Below, piece by piece: positions 1 through 10,328 of a DNA stretch of 64,000 nt. How positions within the stretch are numbered: the stretch's first letter is position 1; the number at the start of each line of letters is the position of its first letter. Location of the stretch: IMG/VR virus record IMGVR_UViG_3300021430_000595; one strand, 5' to 3'. Source of the DNA: a virus. Made by a program: the position numbers and the translations under genes. The notes beneath the pieces are model-generated. The model had not been told where the DNA came from, did no database searches, and worked only from the letters and a program-made list of their open reading frames with translations.

Positions 1-657
1 AAAGAAGAAATTAGAGAAAAATTACTTCAAATTACTAATGAGTTTTTATCTTTTTTGGGTATCGATTTTTTCATATACGATATACATTTTACCGGTTCTT
101 TAGCAAACTATAATTGGTCTAGTTATTCTGATTTAGACATACATATTATGGTTGATTTAGATGAATTTAGTAACGGTAAAGAAGATAGTTCTACATATAA
201 CGAAATAGTTAGGGAATTCTTTGAATTAAAAAAGAAAGCTTGGGCATCATCAAACGATATTAAAGTTAAAGGTTTTGAAGTTGAGTTTTATGTTCAGGAT
301 ATTGACGATAAAGCGGTGTCAACAGGAGTTTACTCTATTCTTAATAATGAATGGGTTATAGAACCGGAAAGGGGTGAACACAACATAGACGAGGAAAAAA
401 TATTAAAAAAAGGTGAAGAATATGCAAAATCAATAGATGGTCTATTGAGTAAAGCGAAAGATGGTGAAGATGTGACAAAACAAGTTGATGAACTAAAGAG
501 TAAGTTAAAGAAGTTCAGACAATCGGGTTTAGAGAGTGGTGGTGAGTATTCTTATGAGAATCTAACTTTTAAATTATTAAGAAGAAACGGGTATATTGAA
601 AAATTGTTCAAGATAAAAACATTTGTGAGAAATAAGAAATTATCACTTCCACAATAA
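1..657 (+). CDS. Pol-beta-superfamily nucleotidyltransferase (5' partial)
   Basis: Frame is open from base 1. Has GSLANYNWSSYSDLDIHI (GS...DxD) and a downstream VEFYVQD third acidic residue. Confidence 0.75.
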   Translation, partial: KEEIREKLLQITNEFLSFLGIDFFIYDIHFTGSLANYNWSSYSDLDIHIMVDLDEFSNGKEDSSTYNEIVREFFELKKKAWASSNDIKVKGFEVEFYVQDIDDKAVSTGVYSILNNEWVIEPERGEHNIDEEKILKKGEEYAKSIDGLLSKAKDGEDVTKQVDELKSKLKKFRQSGLESGGEYSYENLTFKLLRRNGYIEKLFKIKTFVRNKKLSLPQ

Positions 658-687
658 ATAACCCGAATTTTTTTCCATATATGCATG

Positions 688-695
688 TATTTATA
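688..695 (+). promoter_or_regulatory. Putative late promoter TATTTAT(A)
   Basis: Same motif found on the coding strand before about 20 genes. Confidence 0.55.
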
Positions 696-733
696 GGATA
701 CAAGAATAATATAATTATCAATATTTAAAAAAA

Positions 734-1723
734 ATGGCAGACATAAAACCATTAGGTAGTGAAAAACTTCAAGGTGACGATAAATTAAAGCGTATCCTTG
801 AGTTAACGTATTACGGTAATGATAAAAAATCATCAACCACCAAAACATCATCAACATCTAAAACTGAATACTTATCAGAATCTGTTGGTGGATTTAAGTA
901 TGGTATCGTTAAAGAGAAAGACGGATACTATGTAAAAAAAGGTTTGAATGAAAGTTCACTTGATTACATTGGTGGTCTTTTCATGAAAAATAAAAATAGA
1001 TTTAACTCATATGCTGAGGCTCTTAAAAGATTAGAACTATTAAGTGGTTCTGAATTAAATGAAGCCACAAAGTATGTGTTAAAACAAAAACCTTCAACCG
1101 AAGCAACAACAGATATGCCAGCGGTAACAGGTGATGTACCACCTCCACCGGCCGATATACCACCAGCACCTGAAGATACTACTTTACCTGATACAGGTAT
1201 GGAAGAACCTTCAATGGATGCAGGTATGGAAGAACCTTCATCAGAAATGGGTGCTAAACCATCAGATTACATGTCTGAAATTCAAAAGTTCTCAGGTAAG
1301 TTAGGTCAAGAGTTGAGAGACCAAAAAGAAAAAATGGAAAGTGATGATATTAAGTATGTACTTAATATGATTATCTCAGCTGTTGATTTAGATAAACTTG
1401 ACGATGAAGATATCGAAGAAATCGGTAAGAAGTTTGACAGAGATGTTGAATCTGATGCTGAGATGGGTGATGAAATGCCAGATGTCCCTGCTGATGATGA
1501 AACCACTCCCGCAGAACCAACAGGTGATGAGGAATTAGGTGAAATTCACGCAATGGACAAATTGGAAGATTTTATAAACACACCAGTATCCACTGATGAA
1601 ATCGATTTATCTAAATATTCTGATTTAGGTAGTTTAGACGAAACTAAAGAAATTGATTTAGATGAAATTAAAAACGAAATCAACAAAAGTATAGCTGAAA
1701 CTTTAGGTAAATACTTTAAGTAA
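734..1723 (+). CDS. Hypothetical acidic head-associated protein
   Basis: 329-aa ORF with Pro/Asp/Glu-rich linkers and LxE motifs, upstream of the terminase. Confidence 0.6.
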   Translation: MADIKPLGSEKLQGDDKLKRILELTYYGNDKKSSTTKTSSTSKTEYLSESVGGFKYGIVKEKDGYYVKKGLNESSLDYIGGLFMKNKNRFNSYAEALKRLELLSGSELNEATKYVLKQKPSTEATTDMPAVTGDVPPPPADIPPAPEDTTLPDTGMEEPSMDAGMEEPSSEMGAKPSDYMSEIQKFSGKLGQELRDQKEKMESDDIKYVLNMIISAVDLDKLDDEDIEEIGKKFDRDVESDAEMGDEMPDVPADDETTPAEPTGDEELGEIHAMDKLEDFINTPVSTDEIDLSKYSDLGSLDETKEIDLDEIKNEINKSIAETLGKYFK

Positions 1724-1724
1724 T

Positions 1725-2126
1725 ATGCGTCTTATATATGTTAATGAAATCGGAACCGATTATAAAGGTCAAAAACAGTATGAATTCATTTTTAGTGAAT
1801 CAACTGAGATTGACATGGACGAATGGTTTGACGTACCGGCTTCATCGACAGTAAGTTCGAAATCTCCCCATGTAGAATATATAGACCAAGTTGGTCTTCT
1901 TAAAGACACCGACATAGTTTTTGAATTAATACAAAATTCGGACTATTTCGGTGTTATTGATGCTGTGGACGGTATAATTGCGATGGCGTGGGAAAAATCA
2001 AATTTTGATTTGGACGAAGATAGATTGTATTTCCGTTTTGGTGAAACATATGAAAATGTTTCAAAAAAATTAAAACAAAGAGGTATAACTCTTGACAAAA
2101 AAGATTTAAAAGTCAAAAAATCATGA
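1725..2126 (+). CDS. Hypothetical protein
   Basis: 133-aa ORF tightly coupled to its neighbours. Confidence 0.65.
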   Translation: MRLIYVNEIGTDYKGQKQYEFIFSESTEIDMDEWFDVPASSTVSSKSPHVEYIDQVGLLKDTDIVFELIQNSDYFGVIDAVDGIIAMAWEKSNFDLDEDRLYFRFGETYENVSKKLKQRGITLDKKDLKVKKS

Positions 2127-3049
2127 ATAGAAAAATAACTATTGAAAAATTATTGAAGGAGGGTTTTACTGAAAAAACTCTTTCACGTTTAAGTGATAAA
2201 GAATTAACAACTTTATCTAATACAGTGTTAAAAGAAGAGTCTGCAGGTTCTCTTGTTATGAAAAAAGCTACAACTCCACCCGCAGAAGTAAAAAAATATA
2301 CAGATGCCGGTTTTAATGTGGAATTGAGAGAAAAGAAAGATTCGGGTGTTTGTCCTGTTTGCGGTATGAAAAATTGCAAATGCGATGACAAAAAACACAA
2401 GGAAATTAAAGAGGAAAAACCATCTGCAGGACTTTCAAAAGAAAAGAAAAGTGAAGTAGTTAAGAAAGCAAAAAAAGGTGAAGATATAGGAAAGAAAGGT
2501 AAATCATTTAAAGACATTGAGAAAAAGGCGAAAGAAAGTGGTGCTAAAGACCCTAAAGCGGTTGCGGCTGCAGCTATGTGGAAAAATGTTCAGAGAGAAA
2601 ATGTTTCTGAAGTTGAGGAATGGGTATTAGATTTGGCAGAATCAAAATACACACAATTCACATCAAAAAACGATATCATGAATGTAATTAATGAAAAAAT
2701 GGAGACATTCCAACCAATGCCAACTTCAAAAGCGAAAAGAGGACATAACAATGTCCCTGAGTTTATGACTTATGATTCAATTGTTGGAACTCAACCTTCA
2801 CCATCACAACCCGACATAGATACACCTGTTAAACCAAAAACCCCTGAAAAACCGGTTAAACCGAGAACACCATACGAACCGGGACCGGGTACAAACCCTA
2901 AACCGAAAGCAACATCACCATCAAAACCTGATGTTGATACTCCGGTTAAACCAAAAACACCTGTAAAACCGGTTAAACCGAGAACACCATACGAACCGGG
3001 ACCTGGTACGAACCCTAAACCAAAAGCGTTAGCTGAAAAGAAAAAATAA
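2123..3049 (+). CDS. Hypothetical Lys/Pro-rich protein with Cys cluster and duplicated C-terminal segment
   Basis: CPVCGMKNCKC motif; two copies of a 39-aa Pro-rich unit. Confidence 0.65.
   Translation: MNRKITIEKLLKEGFTEKTLSRLSDKELTTLSNTVLKEESAGSLVMKKATTPPAEVKKYTDAGFNVELREKKDSGVCPVCGMKNCKCDDKKHKEIKEEKPSAGLSKEKKSEVVKKAKKGEDIGKKGKSFKDIEKKAKESGAKDPKAVAAAAMWKNVQRENVSEVEEWVLDLAESKYTQFTSKNDIMNVINEKMETFQPMPTSKAKRGHNNVPEFMTYDSIVGTQPSPSQPDIDTPVKPKTPEKPVKPRTPYEPGPGTNPKPKATSPSKPDVDTPVKPKTPVKPVKPRTPYEPGPGTNPKPKALAEKKK
2798..3027 (+). repeat. Tandem 117-bp in-frame duplication
   Basis: ccatcacaacccgac at 2801 recurs as ccatcaaaacctgat at 2918; aaaccggttaaaccgagaacaccatacgaaccggg is identical in both copies. 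Confidence 0.9.
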
Positions 3050-3053
3050 TAAA

Positions 3054-4385
3054 ATGGAGTTTAGAAAAAAAGAATTGTTATCTTTGTTGAAAGAAGATAT
3101 TACAGAAATGCCAATGGATTTTGACACTCCCGATAGACCGTATCAGGGAATACAAACAAAACTTGCACAGGGTGATACACCACTCAAAAAAGTACCGTTA
3201 CCTCAAACAGGTGATGAACCAAATAAAAACTTCCAAGAATTATTAGCTTCTGAAAGATACAGACAAGTAATTGCTAAAGTTAGAGAGTATACAGGTATTC
3301 AAACACCATTAAGTGGTGAACAAGGTATAATGCCGTTAGCCCAAATGATGATGAACGCACATAATGAAATTGTTGCAACCGAAAGAAATCATAAAGAAGC
3401 TTTGGAAAACTTGGCTGTTGAATTGGTTAAGAGAGAAATGTCAATACCTGAAGATGCGTTGCAGTTCGACGCTAAAATCGTAGGATTGGGTGAAGTTAAT
3501 ACTGAAGATTTTAACAGAGACATGGGTGATGAAGAAAACATGGACACTGTTGATGTTGAAACTGATTTAGCTGATGATTTGGCCACCATGAATTTAGAAA
3601 AAGCCAAGAGAAGATTAATCAATAACATGATACAAGGGGCATCTAAAAAAGGTCACTATATGTATCATTATGTTGCAGATAAAATTAGAGAGATTACAGG
3701 GTCAGAAACATTACTAAATCAATATGGTATATTGATGTCAATTAACGATACATTGTATTGGCAATTAAGTGATGATACCATGAAAATGATGATGGGTGGA
3801 CCCGGAGGTGGTGGTAGTGTTGCCGGTAAAGAAGAAGTTAAAAGAGAAACTAACCCACCAACAATTGTTGCAAGAGCAGTAAATTTTCCCGCTCTTGTAC
3901 ATGAGTTAATTAAAGGGGTTATGGAATTATTCGCGATTCAAGGTAGACCAACAGATGAAGAAGGTAATGAAGACCCAAGATGGTCTGAAATCGAACAATC
4001 TGAAGATACTTTAGAGAAAGAAATATGGGATTTACGTTTAGGTCCCGCGATTTGGGATAGAATTAGAAATCAATTCCCTGAAGAAATATTGGTTGATGAG
4101 AATAAGTTTGAATTACAGAACTATCTAATGCAATCAATATTCCAATTACCAGCTAAACAGTTTTTGGTTTTCATGAAAGAAGTAATATCGGGTTCAGAAA
4201 ATGGAAAACGATTAATGGGTGAATTGTTGAGGGGTATTGATGAGATGTTCAAAGACCAAAATTATCAAGAGGCATTATCAATGTTCCAAGACGACTTAGA
4301 TGACGTTACTGACAATACCGATGATGACGATTTAGGTGATTTCTTAGGTGGTTTAGGTATTAGATTATCCGATGATGACGAGTAA
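3054..4385 (+). CDS. Hypothetical protein (head module)
   Basis: 443-aa ORF with N-terminal LLKEDITE and an acidic tail. Confidence 0.7.
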   Translation: MEFRKKELLSLLKEDITEMPMDFDTPDRPYQGIQTKLAQGDTPLKKVPLPQTGDEPNKNFQELLASERYRQVIAKVREYTGIQTPLSGEQGIMPLAQMMMNAHNEIVATERNHKEALENLAVELVKREMSIPEDALQFDAKIVGLGEVNTEDFNRDMGDEENMDTVDVETDLADDLATMNLEKAKRRLINNMIQGASKKGHYMYHYVADKIREITGSETLLNQYGILMSINDTLYWQLSDDTMKMMMGGPGGGGSVAGKEEVKRETNPPTIVARAVNFPALVHELIKGVMELFAIQGRPTDEEGNEDPRWSEIEQSEDTLEKEIWDLRLGPAIWDRIRNQFPEEILVDENKFELQNYLMQSIFQLPAKQFLVFMKEVISGSENGKRLMGELLRGIDEMFKDQNYQEALSMFQDDLDDVTDNTDDDDLGDFLGGLGIRLSDDDE

Positions 4386-4404
4386 ATAAATACAACTATA
4401 AAGG

Positions 4405-4432
4405 AAAGGGAGGTTTTTACCTCCCTTTTTTT
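4405..4432 (+). terminator. Rho-independent terminator
   Basis: aaagggaggt-tttt-acctcccttt stem followed by a T run. Confidence 0.85.
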
Positions 4433-4433
4433 G

Positions 4434-4440
4434 TATTTAT
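4434..4440 (+). promoter_or_regulatory. Putative late promoter TATTTAT, 4 nt before the terminase ATG
   Basis: Sits immediately after the terminator, so the terminase probably needs a new promoter here. Confidence 0.7.
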
Positions 4441-4444
4441 ATAT

Positions 4445-6217
4445 ATGAGTAATCAGAAAATACAACAGTTAAAGGAATATGCTCGTATAATGAAAGACAC
4501 TCCTTATGCGTTAAAAACATATTTACAAACATACGATAATACACAGAAAAAATTCGTTCCGTTAGAGTTGTTCCCCGACCAAATACAACTATTAAAAGAC
4601 TACGAATCGTATAATGAGAACATAACAAGAAAATATAGACAGGCCGGTGTTACCACCGTAACTGCTGCGTGGATTTCTAAAAGATTACAGTTAGCAAAAC
4701 CGGAAAATCCCGATAAGGTACTTGTAATTGCAAATAAAAAAGATACCGCAGTTGAGATGGCCAATAAGATTAGACATTTCTTAGAACAATGGCCTGACTG
4801 GATTAATGTTGGTTTCTCACCCGATAAAAACTCAGAAAGTAGATTTAGATTAAACAACGGTTGTGAAGTTAAAGCAGTAGCAACATCAGGAGATGCTTTA
4901 CGTGGTTATACACCAACCATTCTTGTATTTGACGAGGCGGCATATATCGAAGCGGGTGAAGACTTTTGGGCCGCATCTATGGCATCCCTATCTACAGGTG
5001 GTAAGATTATCCTTATTTCAACACCAAACGGTTTTGACCCAATTTACTATGGGGTGTATGACCAAGCAATTAGAGGTGTTAATGATTTCCATATAACCGA
5101 TTTAAGATGGTTTAAAGACCCAAGATATACAAAGGATTTAAGATGGGTTAAATGTAACGATATTGTTCATTACATGTTACATAGAGATTTATATAACGAC
5201 GATGAGGTTGTTATGACAGATTTTGACATAACTAAATATAATGAGTACTTGGAACAAGGTTATAAACCACTTTCTTCTTGGTTTGAAGGTATGTCTAAAA
5301 AATTCAAGTTCGATAGAAGAAAAATTGCACAAGAATTGGAATGTGACTTCTTGGGTTCAGGTGATGGTGTAATATCAGGTGAGATACAAGACAACATCAC
5401 TAAAAATATGTTGAGAGAACCTAAAGAAAAGTATATGCAAGGTACTTTTTGGCAATGGAAAGAACCTGTTCAAGGTCACAGATATATTATGGGTGTTGAT
5501 GTTAGTAGAGGTGATAGTGAAGACTTCTCATCAATTAATATAATTGATTTTGATGAAAGAGAACAAGTTGCAGAATATGTCGGTAAAATACCCCCAGACG
5601 ATTTAGCATCACTTGCATACAAATGGGGTGTACTTTATGAAGCGTTTATTGTAATTGATATTACCGGTGGTATGGGTGTTGCAACATCAAGAAAATTACA
5701 GGAAATGAATTATAGAAATCTTTTTATTGATGGTGTTAATGTCAAAAATATTTGGGAATATAATTCAAAAGCAATGGATAAAATCCCCGGATTGAATTTT
5801 AACAATAAAAGAAGTCAAATAATTGCAGCGTTTGAAGAACAGTTAAGGAAAGGATTTCAAGTTAGGTCATCAAGGTTAATGAACGAATTGAACACATTTG
5901 TTTATATAAACGGTAGAGCAGACCACATGAAAGGTGCACACGATGATGCCATTATGAGTTTATCTATGGCTCTTTATGCTGCGGATATTTCATTCACTCA
6001 GTTAGAAAGAAACGAAAATGCAAATAAAGCGATGTTGGAATCTTGGACAATATCCGAGAGAACATATGAACCAAATAAATCATTTTACTCATATGGAACC
6101 GCATTTGACCAAATAGGTTCAATGTCACTTGATGGTCAACAAGTTTTACCTCAAAGACAAAATGCAACAAAAGAACAATATTCACAATATTCATGGTTAT
6201 TTGGTAAAAAAAGATAA
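4445..6217 (+). CDS. terL: Terminase large subunit (T4 gp17-like)
   Basis: KYRQAGVTT Walker A, LVFDEAA Walker B, ISTPNG motif C, nuclease GVDVSRG and HDDAIM. Confidence 0.95.
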   Translation: MSNQKIQQLKEYARIMKDTPYALKTYLQTYDNTQKKFVPLELFPDQIQLLKDYESYNENITRKYRQAGVTTVTAAWISKRLQLAKPENPDKVLVIANKKDTAVEMANKIRHFLEQWPDWINVGFSPDKNSESRFRLNNGCEVKAVATSGDALRGYTPTILVFDEAAYIEAGEDFWAASMASLSTGGKIILISTPNGFDPIYYGVYDQAIRGVNDFHITDLRWFKDPRYTKDLRWVKCNDIVHYMLHRDLYNDDEVVMTDFDITKYNEYLEQGYKPLSSWFEGMSKKFKFDRRKIAQELECDFLGSGDGVISGEIQDNITKNMLREPKEKYMQGTFWQWKEPVQGHRYIMGVDVSRGDSEDFSSINIIDFDEREQVAEYVGKIPPDDLASLAYKWGVLYEAFIVIDITGGMGVATSRKLQEMNYRNLFIDGVNVKNIWEYNSKAMDKIPGLNFNNKRSQIIAAFEEQLRKGFQVRSSRLMNELNTFVYINGRADHMKGAHDDAIMSLSMALYAADISFTQLERNENANKAMLESWTISERTYEPNKSFYSYGTAFDQIGSMSLDGQQVLPQRQNATKEQYSQYSWLFGKKR

Positions 6218-6269
6218 CCATTTATAATAAACCATTTTTTAATTATATTCTTATAAACTATTTATACGT

Positions 6270-8063
6270 ATGGCAGATAATAATTTGACGGTGTTTCAGA
6301 GATTAACTAGAATGTTTGGTTTCCCAAACAAACCAACCACTGAACAACCACCGTCGTTTAATTTCGATAAAGAAGAAATTCTAAAAACAAGTAGTCGAGA
6401 AGAGTACGAAAAAGCGATGTTACAGGCTCAACAAAGTCAATACATTGCAGATAAATGGACTAAGTTAGAACAATCATTATACAATCAATCAGTTTACTAT
6501 GAACCAAATAGATTGGCTGCATATTATGATTACGAGTCCATGGAGTTTACTCCTGAAATTTCCGCAGCTTTGGATATATACGCTGAAGAATCGACCACAT
6601 TATCAGAAAAAGGTGAAATTCTTACCGTTTTCTCGGAATCAACAAGAATTAAAAGTATTCTTGAAGACCTATTCATTAATCGACTTGATTTAAACACTAA
6701 CCTACAAATGTGGGCTAGAGGTGTTTGTAAGTACGGTGACAATTTTGTGTATTTAAAAATTGACCCCGAAAAAGGTGTTGTTGGTTGTCAACAATTACCA
6801 AACATTGAGATTGAAAGAATGGAAGGTAGGGAAAGTAAAACACCTAATCAACAGAATCCACTACAATTACCGTCAAGAGAGTTGAGGTTCCAATGGAAAA
6901 ATAAAGACATGGAATTCCAAGCGTGGGAAATTGCACACTTTAGATTATTGGGTGACGATAGAAAATTACCATACGGTACATCAATGTTGGACAAGATAAG
7001 AAGAATTTGGAAACAATTACTTCTTGCTGAGGATGCGATGTTAATTTATAGAACAACAAGAGCACCCGAAAGACGTGTCTTTAAAGTGTTCGTTGGTAAC
7101 ATGGATGATAAAGATATTGAGGCTTACGTACAACGTGTTGCGAATAAATTTAAGAGAGACCAAGTGGTTGATTCAAGAAACGGTCAAGTTGATATGAGAT
7201 ACAATCAAATGGCGGTTGACCAAGATTATTTCATACCTGTACGTGACCCCGCACAAACTAACCCAATTGAAACATTAGCAGGTGCACAAAACTTAGGTGA
7301 AATCGCAGATATTGAATATATACAAAAGAAAATGTTAGCTGCGTTACGTATACCAAAAGCGTTCTTAGGTTTTGAAGAAGTTGTTGGTGATGGAAAAACC
7401 TTAGCATTAATGGATATTCGTTTTGCTAGAACAATCAACAGAATCCAAAAATCATTAATACAAGAGTTAAATAAAATTGCATTAATTCACCTTTACCTTC
7501 TTGGTATGGAAGATGAATTAAACAATTTCTCACTTTCATTAACAAACCCATCGGCACAATCTGATTTGTTAAGAATTGAACAATGGAAAGAGAAAATTAC
7601 ATTGTATAAGGACGCAACTTCAGACCAATCTCAGGTTGGTATTTTACCGGTATCACATACTTGGGCTAAGAAAAATATCTTAGGTATGAGTGATAGTGAA
7701 GTTATCCAAGATTTACAACAACAAAGACTTGAGAGAGCAATTGGTTTTGAATTAACGAATACTCAAAATGTAATTAAACGTTCTGGTGTCTTTGATGATG
7801 TTGACGCTAAATACGGTGTACCTGAAGAAGAAAGAGTGGAAGGTGGGGAAACACCAGCGGAGGGTGGAATGGATATGGGTGGAGGTGCACCACCAACACC
7901 ACCGGCAGGTGGAGGTGAAGGACCTTTAAGTGAAAGTAAAAAAGATAAAATTCTAAGTATGTTGGGTGATAATAACAAATTGGAAGACCTTTTTGATATT
8001 AATAAAGCACAACAGAATATTTATGAAATAGAAAATAAACTGAAAGATATTTTAAACGAATAA
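6270..8063 (+). CDS. Portal protein (T4 gp20-like)
   Basis: EDAMLIYRTTRAPERRVFKV, DYFIPVR, IETLAGAQNLGEIADIEY. Confidence 0.95.
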   Translation: MADNNLTVFQRLTRMFGFPNKPTTEQPPSFNFDKEEILKTSSREEYEKAMLQAQQSQYIADKWTKLEQSLYNQSVYYEPNRLAAYYDYESMEFTPEISAALDIYAEESTTLSEKGEILTVFSESTRIKSILEDLFINRLDLNTNLQMWARGVCKYGDNFVYLKIDPEKGVVGCQQLPNIEIERMEGRESKTPNQQNPLQLPSRELRFQWKNKDMEFQAWEIAHFRLLGDDRKLPYGTSMLDKIRRIWKQLLLAEDAMLIYRTTRAPERRVFKVFVGNMDDKDIEAYVQRVANKFKRDQVVDSRNGQVDMRYNQMAVDQDYFIPVRDPAQTNPIETLAGAQNLGEIADIEYIQKKMLAALRIPKAFLGFEEVVGDGKTLALMDIRFARTINRIQKSLIQELNKIALIHLYLLGMEDELNNFSLSLTNPSAQSDLLRIEQWKEKITLYKDATSDQSQVGILPVSHTWAKKNILGMSDSEVIQDLQQQRLERAIGFELTNTQNVIKRSGVFDDVDAKYGVPEEERVEGGETPAEGGMDMGGGAPPTPPAGGGEGPLSESKKDKILSMLGDNNKLEDLFDINKAQQNIYEIENKLKDILNE

Positions 8064-8068
8064 ATAAA

Positions 8069-8809
8069 ATGACAAACTTCGGAGAATTAAAAACAAAACT
8101 CTTAACTAAATTAACAGAGTCTTACGCCAATAAAAAAAATGGTGAAGTTAAGGATTTAGTAAAGAAATTAAAATCAAATAAACCATTAGTGGAGATGTAT
8201 GTCTTCTACGATGAGATTGAAAACTTGAATATTCAAACAAAAGATAAGGCGAAACTTTATGTGGAGTCTATTGAACCAATCTTAATTGACAAAATCAAAT
8301 CTTTGAAAAAAGACATGAAAGAATTTGGAAAAATTCTTAAAGATGTTGTTGTTGAGAACAACGAGTTCTATAGTAGTTTGGATGTTCTCGCAGAAGAAAA
8401 TAATATTCACAACATCTCTAAGAAAATTGATGCCAGAGAAAATATTGTTAACTACTTAGTAGCCGAAAAGAAAAAAGAAACAGTTGAAATACCAACGGTA
8501 CAAATTGAAAATTTCTCATTACTAAACACAGTTTTGGTAAATAATTTTAACATCAAGTATAGTGAATTCTTAAATGAAGAACAAAAAGAAACATTTAATA
8601 AAATTGTTTCTATGAGTAATGATGAATTGTTGTCAGAAATGACTAACATTAAAAATGAACTAACAACAAAATTAGATAACTTACTTAGTGAGTCTACAGA
8701 TGATTCAATGTTAAATAAATTGAAATCTGTTAAGTCTGAGGTCACTAATTCAGACGTGTCAAGATACAACTATTTTAAACTATTGGAATTAAAAAACGGA
8801 TTAATTTGA
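8069..8809 (+). CDS. Hypothetical helical protein (head module)
   Basis: 246-aa ORF directly after the portal. Confidence 0.7.
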   Translation: MTNFGELKTKLLTKLTESYANKKNGEVKDLVKKLKSNKPLVEMYVFYDEIENLNIQTKDKAKLYVESIEPILIDKIKSLKKDMKEFGKILKDVVVENNEFYSSLDVLAEENNIHNISKKIDARENIVNYLVAEKKKETVEIPTVQIENFSLLNTVLVNNFNIKYSEFLNEEQKETFNKIVSMSNDELLSEMTNIKNELTTKLDNLLSESTDDSMLNKLKSVKSEVTNSDVSRYNYFKLLELKNGLI

Positions 8810-9001
8810 TTTTTCCTCGTTTGTTCTAATTTGTTGTTTATATGCTGCTTTTAATTTTTTAGCTCTATTAACAACTGACGGTTTAACATACTGTTGTTTT
8901 TCTCTTAACTTTTCAGTTTGTTTTGTTTTTTGAACCTTGTATTTGTATTTTTTAAGTGCAGATTCAAGGTTCTTTTCTTTTTTGACGTTTATTATAATCA
9001 T
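8801..9001 (-). CDS. rpsU: Phage-encoded 30S ribosomal protein bS21
   Basis: 66 aa, very basic: MIIINVK..NLESALKKYK..LREKQQYVKPSV..R..KAAY, a Bacteroidota-type bS21 pattern. Confidence 0.9.
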   Translation of the reverse strand: MIIINVKKEKNLESALKKYKYKVQKTKQTEKLREKQQYVKPSVVNRAKKLKAAYKQQIRTNEEKSN

Positions 9002-9100
9002 AGTCTTTTTATTTAAATATAATGATAAAATTTTGATTTGTTAAGTTTATTGTGTATATTTTGCATACACCATAAAGTATATAAGTATTATGAAAAATTA

Positions 9101-9526
9101 ATGAAGAAAGGTAAATTTATCACGGTTGGTAACCACAATAATGTAAAGATTGGTTATGGTACAGTTGATTATAAAAATTTGAAGACAATATACATTCAAC
9201 TAAATTCGTGGACACAACCAACAGTTGAGGAACATGATTTTGACAGATTGATTCTCAAAACCCGCAGAAAAATAAAAGAAAACATCTACAATTTAAATTC
9301 TGAGTTCTTTAAGAAAGAATCCATTGTTGATTTAGATATAAAAACAAACGGAATTAAGACCAATAAAAGGTCTTTCATGGACTTGGAAGTTACTCTATAC
9401 GTAAACAAACCATTCGATGTAAGGTCTAAAGAAATTAAAGATATAGTTAACAATCTATCAAAAAACATAATTGATACAACTTTGACAGACGAAACTTTAT
9501 TTAATTTCTTCGAAAAAAAGAATTAA
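9101..9526 (+). CDS. Hypothetical protein
   Basis: ATG at 9101 preferred over the track's start at 9038; divergent from rpsU. Confidence 0.65.
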   Translation: MKKGKFITVGNHNNVKIGYGTVDYKNLKTIYIQLNSWTQPTVEEHDFDRLILKTRRKIKENIYNLNSEFFKKESIVDLDIKTNGIKTNKRSFMDLEVTLYVNKPFDVRSKEIKDIVNNLSKNIIDTTLTDETLFNFFEKKN

Positions 9527-9564
9527 TCCAAGATTCAACGTATTTATTATAAAAAATACGTTGG

Positions 9565-10248
9565 ATGAAAATACTTGGACCAAACGAGACCGGAAAAGGA
9601 ATATTAATAGAGTACGACGCCGGATTTATATCTCCAAAAGATAATCAAAGAATTATATCTGAGATGAAGGACATCGACTTCTCTGACGATATAATTCTTT
9701 ATGCTGTTTTACAGAAATACGACACTCCAAATAAAAACGGAAGGATTTATCCCGAAGTTCTCTTAAAAAGAGAAAATGAAAAATACCAAACGTTAATAAA
9801 AAAAGGAAGTGCGTTAAACGAATTAAATCACCCAACTTCATCCTTAATTGACTTAGACAGAGTTTCACATTCTATTCTTGAAACTTGGTGGGATGGAAAA
9901 ATCTTAATGGGTAAAATAAAATTATTTACATCACCCGGATGGAAAAAAATGGGTATTGTAAGTACCAAAGGTGACCAAGCTGCAATGTTGTTAATGAATG
10001 GTGCAACATTAGGTATTTCTTCAAGAGGTGTTGGTTCACTAAAAAATGTTAAAGGACAAAATATCGTACAAGACGACTTTGAATTGGTTTGTTTTGATTT
10101 GGTGTCATCTCCAAGTACACCCGGAGCATATGTGTTCTCAGATATAAAAGACAGAGAACAGTATCAAGAATCAATAGACGAAAAACCCCAAGACACAGAT
10201 AAGATGAAAAATCTCATGTCAAAATTAGACTCCTTTTTAGGTAGATAA
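9565..10248 (+). CDS. Prohead core protease (T4 gp21-like)
   Basis: NKNGRIYP, ELNHP, GISSRGVGS, DLVSSPSTPGA. Confidence 0.93.
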   Translation: MKILGPNETGKGILIEYDAGFISPKDNQRIISEMKDIDFSDDIILYAVLQKYDTPNKNGRIYPEVLLKRENEKYQTLIKKGSALNELNHPTSSLIDLDRVSHSILETWWDGKILMGKIKLFTSPGWKKMGIVSTKGDQAAMLLMNGATLGISSRGVGSLKNVKGQNIVQDDFELVCFDLVSSPSTPGAYVFSDIKDREQYQESIDEKPQDTDKMKNLMSKLDSFLGR

Positions 10249-10328
10249 TAAATTTATTAGAGATTATAATACTATAAACTGTATTTTTTTACAATAACGA
10301 CATATTTATTAGTAAACAATTCAATAAA

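Noticed and set aside
1194-1240. 27-bp-period GMEEPS duplication
   Set aside because: Ordinary slippage in a disordered linker.
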